Shown here one piece after another: positions 35,236-45,275 of a stretch of 64,000 bases of DNA. The notes under the pieces were generated by a model. That model saw only the letters and a list, made by a program, of their open reading frames with translations, did not search any database and was not told the origin of the DNA. Numbering within the stretch: the first letter of the stretch is position 1; every line of letters begins with the position of its first letter. Position numbers and translations under genes: made by a program. The DNA lies in assembly GCA_026708285.1 (NCBI GenBank), contig JAPOVF010000270.1, positions 94-64,093 of the forward strand. The letters run 5' to 3'. Source of the DNA: Acidobacteriota bacterium (GTDB lineage: Bacteria > Acidobacteriota > Thermoanaerobaculia > Multivoradales > Multivoraceae).

Positions 35236-37911
35236 GTGACCGCCAAGCGCCTCTTCCTGATCGACGGGTATTCGACGATTTTCCGGGCCTTCTACGCGAT
35301 CCGGGGATTGTCGACGTCGGCTGGCGAGCCGACCAACGCGATCTACGGCTTCATCAACATGCTGCGCAAGCTGCTGCGGGAGGAAGAGCCGCCGCTGCTC
35401 GGGATCGCGCTGGACGTGGGGCGGGCCACCGTGCGCACCGAGGCGTACGCGGAGTACAAGGCGAACCGGGCGCCGATGCCGGAGGATCTGCGGGCGCAGA
35501 TGCCGGCGATTCGACGGGCGATCGAGGCCTTCCGCATCCCGATCCTCGAACTGGAGCGCTACGAGGCGGACGACGTGCTCGGGACCCTGGGGAAGAAGGC
35601 GCAGGAGGCCGGCTACGACGTAACGATCGTCAGCGCGGACAAGGACCTGTTTCAACTGGTGAGCGACCGGGTGTCGCTGCTCCATACCGGTCGTGAAAAG
35701 ACCTACGACCCGGCCCTGGTCGAGCTGGACTTCGGGGTGCCGCCCGGGCAGGTGGTCGACGTCCTCGCCCTGGTCGGCGACAAGGTGGACAACGTGCCTG
35801 GCGTGCCCGGGATCGGCCAGAAGGGCGCGCAGACGCTGATCCGGGAGTACGGCGACCTCCAGGCTCTACTCGAGGCGGCGCCCGAGCTGAGGCGGAAGGC
35901 CTACCGGGAGGGCCTCGAGCAGCACGCCGACCAGGCCCTGCTGTCGAAGGAGCTGGTCACGATCCACACCGATCTCGACGTTCCCTTCGATGCCAAGGCC
36001 TTGAGGATGGAGGCGCCGGACTACGAGGCGTTGGCGGAGCTGTGCCGCGAGTTCGAGTTCTGGAGCCTGCTCAAGGAACTCGAGAGCGAGAGCGGCGGCC
36101 CCGAGATCGAGCCGGCGGTCATCCTGGAGTCCGTCGAAGCGTTCGAGGAGGCGGCAGAGGATCTGGACCGCCGCATCTCGGTCGGCGTCGTCTTCCGGCG
36201 CGGCGGCGAACCGGTGGGGCTGTCGTTCGCGCCAGTCGGAGGTGCCGGCGGCGGGGACGAGGACGGGACGATCGGCCGGGCCGTCTTCGCGGACTTCGGG
36301 ATTCCCGGGATGCGGGAAGCCGTGGCGGCGACGCTGCGGGCGTGGCTCGCCGATCCTGGCCTTGAGCTGATCGGACACGATCTGAAGGAAGTCGTCCGGC
36401 TCTGTCCGCACGGGGAGGGTCGTCCGCGGGTGGCCGCGCGTCTCGTCGACACGATGCTGATGGCCTACCTGATTCACTCCGCCGTGCGGAGCTTCGGACT
36501 GGCGGCCGTCTCCCTCGACCGCCTCTTCTACAAGGCGACGACGCCGGCGGACGCGGGATTGGGAGATCAGGCGGCGGCGCTCGGCGACGACCCGGGTCTC
36601 GGCGTCTACGCGGCCGAACAGGCGGTGCTGCCCGCCCTGATCCTGGAGGCGATCGCTTCCCAGTGGGGAGAGTCGCCCGGGGCGCGCGAGGTCTACGAGA
36701 AGATCGAGGCGCCTCTGCTGCCGGTGCTCGCGGCGATGGAGGAGGAGGGCATCGAGCTCGACGCCGGCGTGCTGGCGGAGATGTCGCGGCGCCTCGAACT
36801 GGACAGCGGCGACCTCGCCGAGGAGATCTTCGACCTCGCGGGCGAGCGGTTCAACATCCAGTCACCGGCCCAGCTCGGCGTCATCCTGTTCGAGAAGCTC
36901 GGGCTGCCGGTGCTCGGCCGCACCCGCAAGACGAAGAAGTACTCCACCGGCGCGGACGTGCTGGAGCAGCTCGCGCAGCGCGGCTTCGACCTGCCGGCCA
37001 AGGTGCTCCAGTACCGGGAGCTGACGAAGCTCAAGTCGACCTACGTCGACGCGCTGCCGCACCTGGTGGCGGAGGACGGGCGCCTCCACACCCGCTACCA
37101 CCAGGCGGTGGCGGCCACCGGCCGGCTGTCCTCGCACGACCCGAACCTGCAGAACATCCCGATCCGCACCGACATCGGGCGCCAGGTGCGCCGCGCCTTC
37201 CGCTCACGAGAGGGCTACCTGCTCCTCGTCGCGGACTACAGCCAGATCGAGCTGCGGGTGCTCGCGCACATCTCGGGCGACGAGGCGTTGATCGACATCT
37301 TCCAGCACGGTGGCGACATCCATCGCTCGACCGCTGCCACCGTGTTCGGCGTGGCCCCTGCCCTGGTCACCGACGAGCAGCGGCGTGCCTCCAAGACGAT
37401 CAACTTCGGGATCATCTACGGCATGTCGGCGTTCGGCCTCGCCCGCGCCCTGGGCATTGCCCGCGGCGAGGCGCAGGCCTTCATCGACGCCTACTTCGAG
37501 CGCTTCCCCGGCGTGCGCACCTACACCGAACGAACGCTGGCCCAGGCGGAGGAGGAACTCCGCGTCGAGACGCTCTACGGCCGGGTCCGCTACCTGCCGG
37601 ACATCAAGAGCCGCAACCGCGCGGTGCGCGAGAACACGCGGCGGATGGCCGTCAACGCCCGCATCCAGGGCACGGCCGCCGATCTCCTGAAGCTGGCCAT
37701 GATCGCCGTCGACCGTCGGCTGCGGGCGGAACTCGGGGCGGCCCGGCTGCTGCTGACCGTCCACGACGAACTCGTGCTCGAGGCGCCGGCCGGCGCCATC
37801 GACGAACTGTCGGCCCTGGTCAGAGAGGAGATGGAGGGAGTAGCCGACCTGCGCGTGCCACTAGTCGTCGACATCGACTCGGGCCCCGACTGGTACGAAG
37901 CCAAGGCCTAG
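35236..37911 (+). CDS. polA: DNA polymerase I
   Basis: ORF 34342..37911 trimmed to GTG 35236 (VTAKRLFLIDGYSTIFRAFYA, 5'-nuclease N-terminus). The upstream part is antisense to the FG-GAP gene. Motif A LLVADYSQIELRVLAH, motif B RRASKTINFGIIYG, motif C VHDELVLE. Confidence 0.93.
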   Translation: MTAKRLFLIDGYSTIFRAFYAIRGLSTSAGEPTNAIYGFINMLRKLLREEEPPLLGIALDVGRATVRTEAYAEYKANRAPMPEDLRAQMPAIRRAIEAFRIPILELERYEADDVLGTLGKKAQEAGYDVTIVSADKDLFQLVSDRVSLLHTGREKTYDPALVELDFGVPPGQVVDVLALVGDKVDNVPGVPGIGQKGAQTLIREYGDLQALLEAAPELRRKAYREGLEQHADQALLSKELVTIHTDLDVPFDAKALRMEAPDYEALAELCREFEFWSLLKELESESGGPEIEPAVILESVEAFEEAAEDLDRRISVGVVFRRGGEPVGLSFAPVGGAGGGDEDGTIGRAVFADFGIPGMREAVAATLRAWLADPGLELIGHDLKEVVRLCPHGEGRPRVAARLVDTMLMAYLIHSAVRSFGLAAVSLDRLFYKATTPADAGLGDQAAALGDDPGLGVYAAEQAVLPALILEAIASQWGESPGAREVYEKIEAPLLPVLAAMEEEGIELDAGVLAEMSRRLELDSGDLAEEIFDLAGERFNIQSPAQLGVILFEKLGLPVLGRTRKTKKYSTGADVLEQLAQRGFDLPAKVLQYRELTKLKSTYVDALPHLVAEDGRLHTRYHQAVAATGRLSSHDPNLQNIPIRTDIGRQVRRAFRSREGYLLLVADYSQIELRVLAHISGDEALIDIFQHGGDIHRSTAATVFGVAPALVTDEQRRASKTINFGIIYGMSAFGLARALGIARGEAQAFIDAYFERFPGVRTYTERTLAQAEEELRVETLYGRVRYLPDIKSRNRAVRENTRRMAVNARIQGTAADLLKLAMIAVDRRLRAELGAARLLLTVHDELVLEAPAGAIDELSALVREEMEGVADLRVPLVVDIDSGPDWYEAKA

Positions 37912-37941
37912 AAGGAAGCCGGGTGCAGCAGGTGTCGGTGC

Positions 37942-37977
37942 GCCGGCCTTCTGGCCGGCATCCCGCCGAAGGCGGGA
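37942..37977. terminator. two adjacent GC-rich hairpins between convergent polA and the LLM oxidoreductase gene
   Basis: GCCGGCC-TTCT-GGCCGGC (37942-37959) and TCCCGCC-GAA-GGCGGGA (37961-37977), both perfect 7-bp stems. No clear U-tract, so the terminator function is inferred from position only. Confidence 0.45.
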
Positions 37978-37993
37978 GTTCCGGGACTCTCTC

Positions 37994-39022
37994 CTAGCCG
38001 TCCTGCAGCGCCGGAATCACCTGCTCCCCATACGCCGCGAGCGTCCCTTCCTTGTCGTCGTGCATCAGGTAGACGGCGAAGTGGTCGACACCCAGGGACC
38101 GCAGTTCCCGCAGCTTCTCGATGTGGGCCTCCGCCGGCCCGAGCACGCACAGCCGGTCGACGATGCCGTCGGGCACGAACTCCGTGTCCGGGTTGCCGCT
38201 GCGGCCGTGGTGAGAGTAGTCGTACCCCTGACGCTGGCGGATGTACTCGGCGAGCACGTGGGGCACCTTCGAGTCGTCCTCGCCGTATCGCATGACGAGG
38301 TCGTGGATGTGGTTGCCGACCATACCGCCGAACCAGCGCAACTGGTCCCGCTGGTGCGCCAGCTCGTCGCCGACGTAGGCCGGCGCCACCACACAGACGG
38401 TGATCGCATCCGGGTCGCGCCCCTCGTCCTCGGCGGCGTCGCGCACCGCCTGGAGCGTCCACTCCAGGATCTTCGGGTCCGCCAGTTGCAGCACGAAGCC
38501 GTCGGCGTGGCGACCGACCACGTCCAGCGCCTTCGGGCCGTACGCCGCGAACCACACGGGCAACTCGGCGCCGCTCTCTTCGCGCCAGGGGATCCGCACC
38601 ATCGTGCCGCCCAGGTCCGCCTCGCGGCCCGCGAACAGCGCCCGGATGACGTTCATCGCGCTCACCGAGGCCGCCAGCGACTCGGGCCGCCGGCCGATGT
38701 AACGCAGCGCCGAGTCTCCCCGCCCCATCGCGCAGAGGGTGCGTCCCGGGAACATGGAGTCCAGAGTCGCAAACAGCGAACCCAGCACCGTGATGTCCCT
38801 CGTGCCCGGGTTCGTCACCATCGGTCCGACTCCCATCCGCTCCGTCCTCGCCAGGATCTGCGAGAAGATGACGAACGGTTCCGGCCACAGGACGTGCGAA
38901 TCGAAGAGCCAGCACTGGTCGAATCCGCGGCCCTCGGCGATGACCGCGAGGTCGACCACGCGGGAGATCGGCGGGTCGGGTTGAAGAACCACACCGAAGG
39001 ACATCTGGTCAGTGCGGGTCAT
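37994..39022 (-). CDS. LLM-class (luciferase-like) flavin/F420-dependent oxidoreductase
   Basis: AAGGAG 7 nt upstream of ATG 39022. FGVVLQPDPP...AEGRGFDQCWLFDSHVLW...MVTNPGTRD...GRGDSA...LRELRSLGVDHFAVY is a TIM-barrel LLM pattern. Confidence 0.72.
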   Translation of the reverse strand: MTRTDQMSFGVVLQPDPPISRVVDLAVIAEGRGFDQCWLFDSHVLWPEPFVIFSQILARTERMGVGPMVTNPGTRDITVLGSLFATLDSMFPGRTLCAMGRGDSALRYIGRRPESLAASVSAMNVIRALFAGREADLGGTMVRIPWREESGAELPVWFAAYGPKALDVVGRHADGFVLQLADPKILEWTLQAVRDAAEDEGRDPDAITVCVVAPAYVGDELAHQRDQLRWFGGMVGNHIHDLVMRYGEDDSKVPHVLAEYIRQRQGYDYSHHGRSGNPDTEFVPDGIVDRLCVLGPAEAHIEKLRELRSLGVDHFAVYLMHDDKEGTLAAYGEQVIPALQDG

Positions 39023-39073
39023 GGTCTTGCTCCTTTCCCGAGGCAGGTCGGGGCAGGTTAGCAGCGAGCGTGG

Positions 39074-41020
39074 CTAACCCCGCGGCCGCAGCACCCGCCG
39101 CCGATCCCCCTCCCGGCGCGTCAGCCGCTGGCGGTCCAGGTGCTCCAGCAGGGGAATCGCCCACTTGCGGGTGAGGCCGAAGCGGTCCTTGAACTCGGCG
39201 ACGGTGAAGGTGTCCCAGCCGGTGGCGAGCAGGTCGGCCTGGAACCGCTCCAGGGAGCTGTAGGCCAGCACGAGACCGTTCGGAAGGCGGGCCAGACGGC
39301 CGCGCTCGACGAGGTAGCGGAGCACGCCGTCGAACAACTGGGGCTTGGCGCCGAGGGTGCGGCAGAGTTCCTCGGGGGAGCCGGGGGCGAGCCCCTGCTT
39401 CTCGAACCCCTCGACGATGTCCTGGGCGAGCTTCGACTCCGCGCCGGTCAGTTCGCCGGTGCGGCCGGGCAGGGTGACGAGGTCGCCGTCGACCGTCACC
39501 GCCCGGTCGGAATCTCCCTGGCTTGCCCAGTCGAGGTAGGCGGGGGCGAGATCGACCGCGCGGGCGCCGAGCAGGCGCCGGACGAGTTCGGCCTTGGGCA
39601 TGCCGCGGGACAGGCGATCGGCGGCGAAGTGCGCCTCGACCAGCCGCCGGGCGCGACGCGACACGCTGCGCACGGTGCCGGCGGTGACGAAGCGCTCGGG
39701 TCCCGCTTCGAGTAGCAGGCCCTCCCTGGCGGCGTCGGTCAGCACGCTCGCGGCGTCGCCGCGGACGACTCCCAGGCGCAAGGCGAGTTCGGAGGTCGCA
39801 AGGCCGGCCTCCCGGCCATCGGCGGTCCACTGCACGGCGGCCGAGGTGGTGTCCTTGCCGAGCGCCTCGATCGTCGTTCCGAGGGCCTTGCCGCGTCTGT
39901 GCCTCCAGGCCGGGTCCAGCACCTCGCCGCCGCCGAGCGTTGTCTGGGGAGACGGCCGGCGGATCACGAAACGGTCGCCGCGAATCGCCACCAGCGGCTC
40001 CTCCAGGCGGATCTCCGCGATGGCCTCTCCGCCCGGCTCGAGGCCCTCGGGGGACAGCGGTCGCAGCCTGCCGACCCGCTGGGCCGCCATCACGTGCAGC
40101 CGCACGGAGCAAATGCCCTGGAGCGGTTCGGGCGCGGACTCGAGCAGCCGGCAGCGGACGAGCAGGGAGGACGTGGCCCGGTACACGCCGGGAACCGTCA
40201 GTTCGCAGCCTCGGGCAACGTCTTCCAGGCCGACGCCGACCAGTTGCAGCGAGGTGCGTTCGCCGGCCTGCGCCCGTTCACGGCTTTCTCCGTGAACTTC
40301 GATGCTGCGCACACGAGCGCTTGTGCCGGACGGCAGAACGTCGAGTTCGTCGCCGGCCGCGATGGTTCCCCTGGCCAGTGTGCCGGTGACCAGCACACCG
40401 AGTCCCTGGAGCTGGAAGGCGCGGTCGATCGGCAGGCGGGCCGGCAGCCTGCTGTGCCGGTCGAGCGGCGCCGCTTCGCGTGCGAGGTCCACCAGGGTCT
40501 TGCGAAGCCGCTCGAGTCCCTCGCCGGTTTCGGCCGACACCGGCAGGATGGGTGCCTCGGCGAAGGGAGTGTCGGCCAGCGTCTCCTCCAGCTCCAGCTG
40601 CGCCAGCTCCAGCAGATCGGCTGGCACCAGATCGGTCTTCGAGAGCACCGCGACGCCGGCTGGAATCCGGAGCAGCGAGCAGATCGCGAGATGCTCCAGG
40701 GTCTGAGGCATGACTCCTTCGTCCGCGGCCACGACCAGGACCATCATCTGGATGCCGCCCAGGCCCGCGAGCGCGTTGCGCACGAAACGCTCGTGGCCCG
40801 GCACATCGACGAAGCCGATCTGCCAGCCGTCCTCCTGCATCGACGCGAAGCCGAGATCGATCGTGATGCCGCGCCGCTTCTCTTCCTCCCAGCGGTCGCA
40901 GTCGACGCCGGTCAGGGCCTCAACGAGCCGCGTCTTGCCGTGGTCGACGTGGCCGGCAGTGCCGACGACGAACCGCCTCACGCCGTTCGCTTCATTTGCC
41001 GCGCCCGGAATCGATGCCAT
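39074..41020 (-). CDS. selB: selenocysteine-specific translation elongation factor
   Basis: [21 protein letters not shown]...[10 protein letters not shown]...DVPGHERF. C-terminal winged-helix region ...[35 protein letters not shown] 41020 overlaps the upstream stop by 29 nt; GTG 40981 is an alternative start. Confidence 0.85.
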   Translation of the reverse strand: MASIPGAANEANGVRRFVVGTAGHVDHGKTRLVEALTGVDCDRWEEEKRRGITIDLGFASMQEDGWQIGFVDVPGHERFVRNALAGLGGIQMMVLVVAADEGVMPQTLEHLAICSLLRIPAGVAVLSKTDLVPADLLELAQLELEETLADTPFAEAPILPVSAETGEGLERLRKTLVDLAREAAPLDRHSRLPARLPIDRAFQLQGLGVLVTGTLARGTIAAGDELDVLPSGTSARVRSIEVHGESRERAQAGERTSLQLVGVGLEDVARGCELTVPGVYRATSSLLVRCRLLESAPEPLQGICSVRLHVMAAQRVGRLRPLSPEGLEPGGEAIAEIRLEEPLVAIRGDRFVIRRPSPQTTLGGGEVLDPAWRHRRGKALGTTIEALGKDTTSAAVQWTADGREAGLATSELALRLGVVRGDAASVLTDAAREGLLLEAGPERFVTAGTVRSVSRRARRLVEAHFAADRLSRGMPKAELVRRLLGARAVDLAPAYLDWASQGDSDRAVTVDGDLVTLPGRTGELTGAESKLAQDIVEGFEKQGLAPGSPEELCRTLGAKPQLFDGVLRYLVERGRLARLPNGLVLAYSSLERFQADLLATGWDTFTVAEFKDRFGLTRKWAIPLLEHLDRQRLTRREGDRRRVLRPRG

Positions 41021-42362
41021 AGGCGCGGAGCTTGCGGTACAGGTGGCGCCGGTCGATCCCGAGGTCCCGGGCGGTCTGGGAGACGTTGCCGCCGGCAGCG
41101 ATCAGCCGGCGCTCGATGTAGAGCCGCTCGAAGGCCTCGCGCGCCTCCTTGAGTGACGCGTAGTCGTCTTCGATTGGGGCGACCACGCCCTTGCCGCGGA
41201 TCCGGGGCGGCAGATCCGCGAGGCCGACCGCTTTCCCGGGCGCCATGATCATCAGCCGCTCGGTCAGGTTGCGGAGTTCACGCACGTTGCCCGGCCAGGA
41301 GTAGGCGACCAGGCGCTCAAGCGCCGCCGCGCCGACGGCCTTGGGGCGGCGTCCGGCCTCGGCGGCGAAGCGCTTCATGAAATGGTCGACGAGCGCCGGG
41401 ATGTCCTCGTGCCGCTCACGCAGGGCGGGCACGTGGAGCGGGATCACCGCCAGCCGGAAGTAGAGATCCTCGCGGAAGCGCCCGGCCGGCAGCTCGTCTC
41501 CCTCCAGGTCCTTGTTCGTCGCCGCCAGCACCCGGACGTCGACATCGATCGGATCGCTGCCGCCCACCCGCTCGAACCGCTGCTCTTCGAGCACCCGCAG
41601 GACCTTGGCCTGCGTGGCGAGCGACATGTCCGCGATCTCGTCGAGGAACAGAGTGCCCCCGTCGGCCTGTTCAAAGCGTCCGCGGCGGTTGCCGGATGCC
41701 CCGGTGAAGGCGCCCTTGACGTGCCCGAAGAGTTCGCTCTCGATCAGTTCTTCGGGGATCGCGGCGCAGTTCACCTCGACGAAGGCGCGGCTGCTGCGCC
41801 GCGAGAGACTGTGCACGCGGCGAGCGACGAGCTCCTTGCCGGTCCCGTTTTCGCCGGTGATCAGGATGCGGCTCTCGGCTCGGGCGGCAAGCTCGAGATC
41901 GCTGCCCAGTTTGCGCATCGGCTCGGAATCGCCGATCAGATGCCGTTCCGGTTCGAGCCGGTTGGAGAGTTCCTTTACTTCCTGCTCGAGCCGGTAGCGC
42001 TCGAGCGCGTTCTCGACCGAAACCACAACCCGGTTCAGTGCCAGGGGCTTCTCCAGGAAGTCGTGGGCGCCGATGCGCATCGCCTTGACCGCCGTGTCGA
42101 TGTTGCCGTGGCCGGAGATGACGATGACCGGTGTCGTGAAGCGTCCATCACGGAGTTCCGAGAGCAGCTCCAGGCCGTCGCGGTCGGGCAGCCACACGTC
42201 GAGCAGGACGAGATCGAACTCGTCGCTCGACATCAAGGCGCGTCCGCTGACTCCGTCCGCGGCGGTGGTGACCGAGTAACCCTCGTCCTCGAGGATCCCT
42301 CGCAGGGTCTGCCGGATGCCGGCCTCGTCGTCGACGACCAGAATGCGGGCCTTGCTCGTCAT
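40992..42362 (-). CDS. ntrX: sigma-54-dependent response regulator (REC-AAA+-HTH, NtrC/NtrX family)
   Basis: C-terminal 456 codons of ORF 40992..44372, from ATG 42362 ([13 protein letters not shown]). GENGTGKE Walker A, canonical GAFTGA ([10 protein letters not shown]), Fis-type [25 protein letters not shown]. Symbol assigned from adjacency to the ntrY-like kinase. Confidence 0.82.
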   Translation of the reverse strand: MTSKARILVVDDEAGIRQTLRGILEDEGYSVTTAADGVSGRALMSSDEFDLVLLDVWLPDRDGLELLSELRDGRFTTPVIVISGHGNIDTAVKAMRIGAHDFLEKPLALNRVVVSVENALERYRLEQEVKELSNRLEPERHLIGDSEPMRKLGSDLELAARAESRILITGENGTGKELVARRVHSLSRRSSRAFVEVNCAAIPEELIESELFGHVKGAFTGASGNRRGRFEQADGGTLFLDEIADMSLATQAKVLRVLEEQRFERVGGSDPIDVDVRVLAATNKDLEGDELPAGRFREDLYFRLAVIPLHVPALRERHEDIPALVDHFMKRFAAEAGRRPKAVGAAALERLVAYSWPGNVRELRNLTERLMIMAPGKAVGLADLPPRIRGKGVVAPIEDDYASLKEAREAFERLYIERRLIAAGGNVSQTARDLGIDRRHLYRKLRAYGIDSGRGK

Positions 42363-42385
42363 GGAACAGCTGCCGGTCCGAAAGG

Positions 42386-44617
42386 CTACTGCGGCAGCTC
42401 GATCGAGAACGTCGTGCCGCGTGGCTGGTTGTCCTCGACCCGGATCGAGCCGTTGTGGTCGCTGACGATGCGCTGGACGATGGCCAGACCGAGTCCGGAG
42501 CCCCTTCCCTTGGTCGAGAAGTAGGGCAGGAACAGCTTCTCGCGTGCCGCCTTCGGGACGCCGCTTCCCGTGTCGCTGACGGAGAGGTCGAAGACGCCGT
42601 TGCTGCGGCCGGCGCGGACCGTGACCTGGCCTGGCGGAGTGGTGGCAGCGATCGCGTTGTCCAGCAGGTTGACCAGGGCGGAGCGCATCTGGTCGGCGTC
42701 GAGCTTGACGTGCAGACCGTCCTCCCCGGCTTCGATTTGAGCCTCGACCTCGACGCCCGGTTTCAGCTCGCGGTAGAGATCGACCGTTTCGCCGATGAGC
42801 CGCTCGACGTCGACGTCGCGGGGCTGGGGCCGGCGCATGCGCGCGTAGCGGGCGAACTCGTCGACCAGGTTCAGCATGTTGCCGACCTCCCGCACGATGA
42901 CGGAAGACCCTTCCTCGACCGCGGCATCCAGGCTCCTGTCCCTGTTCCTGGACTTGCGGAGCATGCGTTCCGCGGCGAGCTTGATCGGCGTCAGCGGGTT
43001 CTTGATCTCGTGCGCGATGCGCCGGGCCGCTTCGGTCCAGGTGGCGGCCTTCTGGGCGTCGAGCAGAGCGGTGAGATCCTCGATCACGATGACGTGGCCA
43101 AGCAGTTCGAAGCCGCCGGCTCCGCTCGGGGCGCGCAGCGGACTGGTCTTCACCTCCAGCGTCTTCCAGTCGTCCTTGCCGCCGAGGCTGACTTCCCGGC
43201 GCGCCGGCGTGGTTTGCGGGCGCCGACGCCTGCGTGTGGCGTCGGGCAGGTCGGCGAACACGGCTTCGATTCCGCGGTCGGGCAGCAGTTCGCCCAGAGC
43301 TTCCGGGGGCGAGCCGGCGAGTACAGTGTCGGGGGCCAGCCCCAGCATCTCGAGGGCGGCCCGGTTGCAGGTCAGGATCCTGCCGTCGCGATCGAGCGAC
43401 AGGACGCCGGCGGGGCCGCTCTCGAGCACCGCCTCGATCCGCGCGCGCTCGGCGTCCAGACGGCGATTCGTGGCGACCAGATCGCGGTTCGAGTCCTCGA
43501 GCGCGTCGGTCATCCGGTTGAACGAGTCGACGAGCACCTGCACCTCGTCGTCGGCGGCGGCCTCGACGCGGTGTTGCAGGTCGCCGCCCGCGATGCGCCG
43601 GGTACCGGCGGCCAGGGCCTCGATCGGTCCGGTCACCCGGCCGGCCACGTAGAGGCCGACCCAGCAGGAAACGAGGAGGATGCACAGGGTGACGGTCAGG
43701 AACAGGAGCCAGTACGCGGCCCGTATCTCGTCCCGCTGGGCGTGCAGTTGCCGGCGCGACTGGTAGGCGCCGATCAGGGTTTCCGTGTTGCCGGCCAGTT
43801 CGGCATCGAGCAGCCTCCCGGCGACCGCTACGGTGGGTTCGTCGCCGCCGTCGGTCGCCGCCGCACCCAGGATCAGGCGCTCTTCCTTTCCGGAGACCTG
43901 GTCGACCGCGCGGGCGGCGCCGGTGCGGATCGCTTCCAGCAGCATGCCGCGGGTTGGTTCGGGCATTTCCGACAGGGTCTGGGGGTTGACCGTCGCGTGG
44001 ACGAAGGTCGTGTCGCGGTAGACGGCGAGGTAGTCCAGGTCGGCCGACGACAGCGTCTCGCCAAGGGCACGCGACAGGCTGCCGCGGCCGCGCGGATCCT
44101 CCAGGTCGAGATCGGCCGTTTCGCTGAGTAAGCGTTCCGCGTCGCGCAGCAACTGGTCCTGGTGGGTGGACGTGAGGGCCTGGGAGACCTGGTTCGCCGG
44201 TTCCAGCAGATCGTCGATGTCGGTGCGGAACATGCGGTCGATCGAGCCCTGCAGCAGTTCGGTCGCGTAGAGGAACAGGACCAGTCCCGGAAGCAGCGAC
44301 AGCCCGATGTAGGTGAGGATCAGCTTGGTGCGAAATTTGGCCCCGAGACGCTGCCGCCGCCGCTCGATCCACAGCTTGGTCAGGTTGCGGACGAGGACGA
44401 ACGCGACGATCAGGATCAGCACCACGTTCAGGTTGCGCAGCGCGAATAGGAGGATGCTGTTGTTGAGCGCCGCGGGATCGATCTCGCGCCCGCGCTGAAG
44501 CGCGTAGTAGCCGGCCGTCGGTACCGCGAGAGCGAGTACCAGAAGCCAGACGAGGAACCGGTTGCTCTTGATCAGCTCTCGCAGGGAGCGCGGGGGGGTG
44601 CCCTGGGTCGTGGTCAT
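42386..44617 (-). CDS. ntrY: NtrY-like sensor histidine kinase (multi-TM, HAMP, PAS, HisKA, HATPase)
   Basis: Four N-terminal TM segments. H-box RRIAHEIKNPLTPIKLAAERM, as in NtrY. N, G1 and G2 boxes (LLDNAI, DTGSGV, GSGLGL). Confidence 0.85.
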   Translation of the reverse strand: MTTTQGTPPRSLRELIKSNRFLVWLLVLALAVPTAGYYALQRGREIDPAALNNSILLFALRNLNVVLILIVAFVLVRNLTKLWIERRRQRLGAKFRTKLILTYIGLSLLPGLVLFLYATELLQGSIDRMFRTDIDDLLEPANQVSQALTSTHQDQLLRDAERLLSETADLDLEDPRGRGSLSRALGETLSSADLDYLAVYRDTTFVHATVNPQTLSEMPEPTRGMLLEAIRTGAARAVDQVSGKEERLILGAAATDGGDEPTVAVAGRLLDAELAGNTETLIGAYQSRRQLHAQRDEIRAAYWLLFLTVTLCILLVSCWVGLYVAGRVTGPIEALAAGTRRIAGGDLQHRVEAAADDEVQVLVDSFNRMTDALEDSNRDLVATNRRLDAERARIEAVLESGPAGVLSLDRDGRILTCNRAALEMLGLAPDTVLAGSPPEALGELLPDRGIEAVFADLPDATRRRRRPQTTPARREVSLGGKDDWKTLEVKTSPLRAPSGAGGFELLGHVIVIEDLTALLDAQKAATWTEAARRIAHEIKNPLTPIKLAAERMLRKSRNRDRSLDAAVEEGSSVIVREVGNMLNLVDEFARYARMRRPQPRDVDVERLIGETVDLYRELKPGVEVEAQIEAGEDGLHVKLDADQMRSALVNLLDNAIAATTPPGQVTVRAGRSNGVFDLSVSDTGSGVPKAAREKLFLPYFSTKGRGSGLGLAIVQRIVSDHNGSIRVEDNQPRGTTFSIELPQ

Positions 44618-44618
44618 C

Positions 44619-45233
44619 TCACTTGGCCCCCGTGTCCCGGACCGATCGCCGGAACGGAGGGAAGGGTGGGGTCTTGACCCAGGCCGTATGTACCCGATCG
44701 GGGATCAGGCCGAGACGGGTCCGTGACCGCAGTTCCGCGCGCACGCGGAGGACGAAACGACCCGCCCGGTCGTCCTCGATCTCGATCGACGGCAGCTCCT
44801 CGAAGACCGTCAACGCCCGCTCGAGGTCGGCGGCCGAGGTGACGACGCGGCTGGCGTAGAGTTCGCCGTCGCGCCTGAAGTTGACCTGGTACTCCCGGGT
44901 GAGGGCGTTGTACATCGCCACGACCTGCAGCCGGGTCGCGCCGACGCGCTGGTCGAACCACCGGCGGCGTAGCCTCTGGACCTCGATGTCGTACGTGAAG
45001 CCGGTCGGTAGACCGCTTTCGATCTTCTCCCAGGTCCGTTCGTCCAGGGCGCGGTCGAGGCGGAAGCTGACCAGGAGCGCCGAACCGTCGCGGACGACGG
45101 AAAGGGCGGCGATGCCGGCCTTGCGGCTTCGGTTGGAACCTTCTCGTGGGGGCTGGGCCGCGAGTATGTCGGCGCCCAGGACGCTCGACAGGCTGAGCGC
45201 GCAGATCAGCCGCCCCGCCCACGGGACTCTCAT
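44619..45233 (-). CDS. secreted protein, DUF4390-like by position upstream of ntrY
   Basis: Signal peptide LICALSLSSVLGADILAAQ, about 200 aa, stop 1 nt before the ntrY start. DUF4390 naming is from my recollection of the DUF4390-ntrY-ntrX neighbourhood and is unverified. Confidence 0.5.
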   Translation of the reverse strand: MRVPWAGRLICALSLSSVLGADILAAQPPREGSNRSRKAGIAALSVVRDGSALLVSFRLDRALDERTWEKIESGLPTGFTYDIEVQRLRRRWFDQRVGATRLQVVAMYNALTREYQVNFRRDGELYASRVVTSAADLERALTVFEELPSIEIEDDRAGRFVLRVRAELRSRTRLGLIPDRVHTAWVKTPPFPPFRRSVRDTGAK

Positions 45234-45275
45234 GGGGGCGACACTACCAGCCCCGGTGGGCTGCCGTCGGCTGCG

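Noticed and set aside
37994-41020. In-frame TGA (selenocysteine) recoding in genes near selB.
   Set aside because: I found no pair of adjacent same-frame ORFs split by a single TGA with a recognisable selenoprotein family, and no SECIS-like hairpin I could defend by eye. A genome-wide search is needed.
45247-45262. Hairpin CAGCCC-CGGT-GGGCTG between lpxC and the DUF4390-like gene as a terminator.
   Set aside because: The stem is only 6 bp with no U-tract. It cannot be told apart from chance GC-rich self-complementarity.
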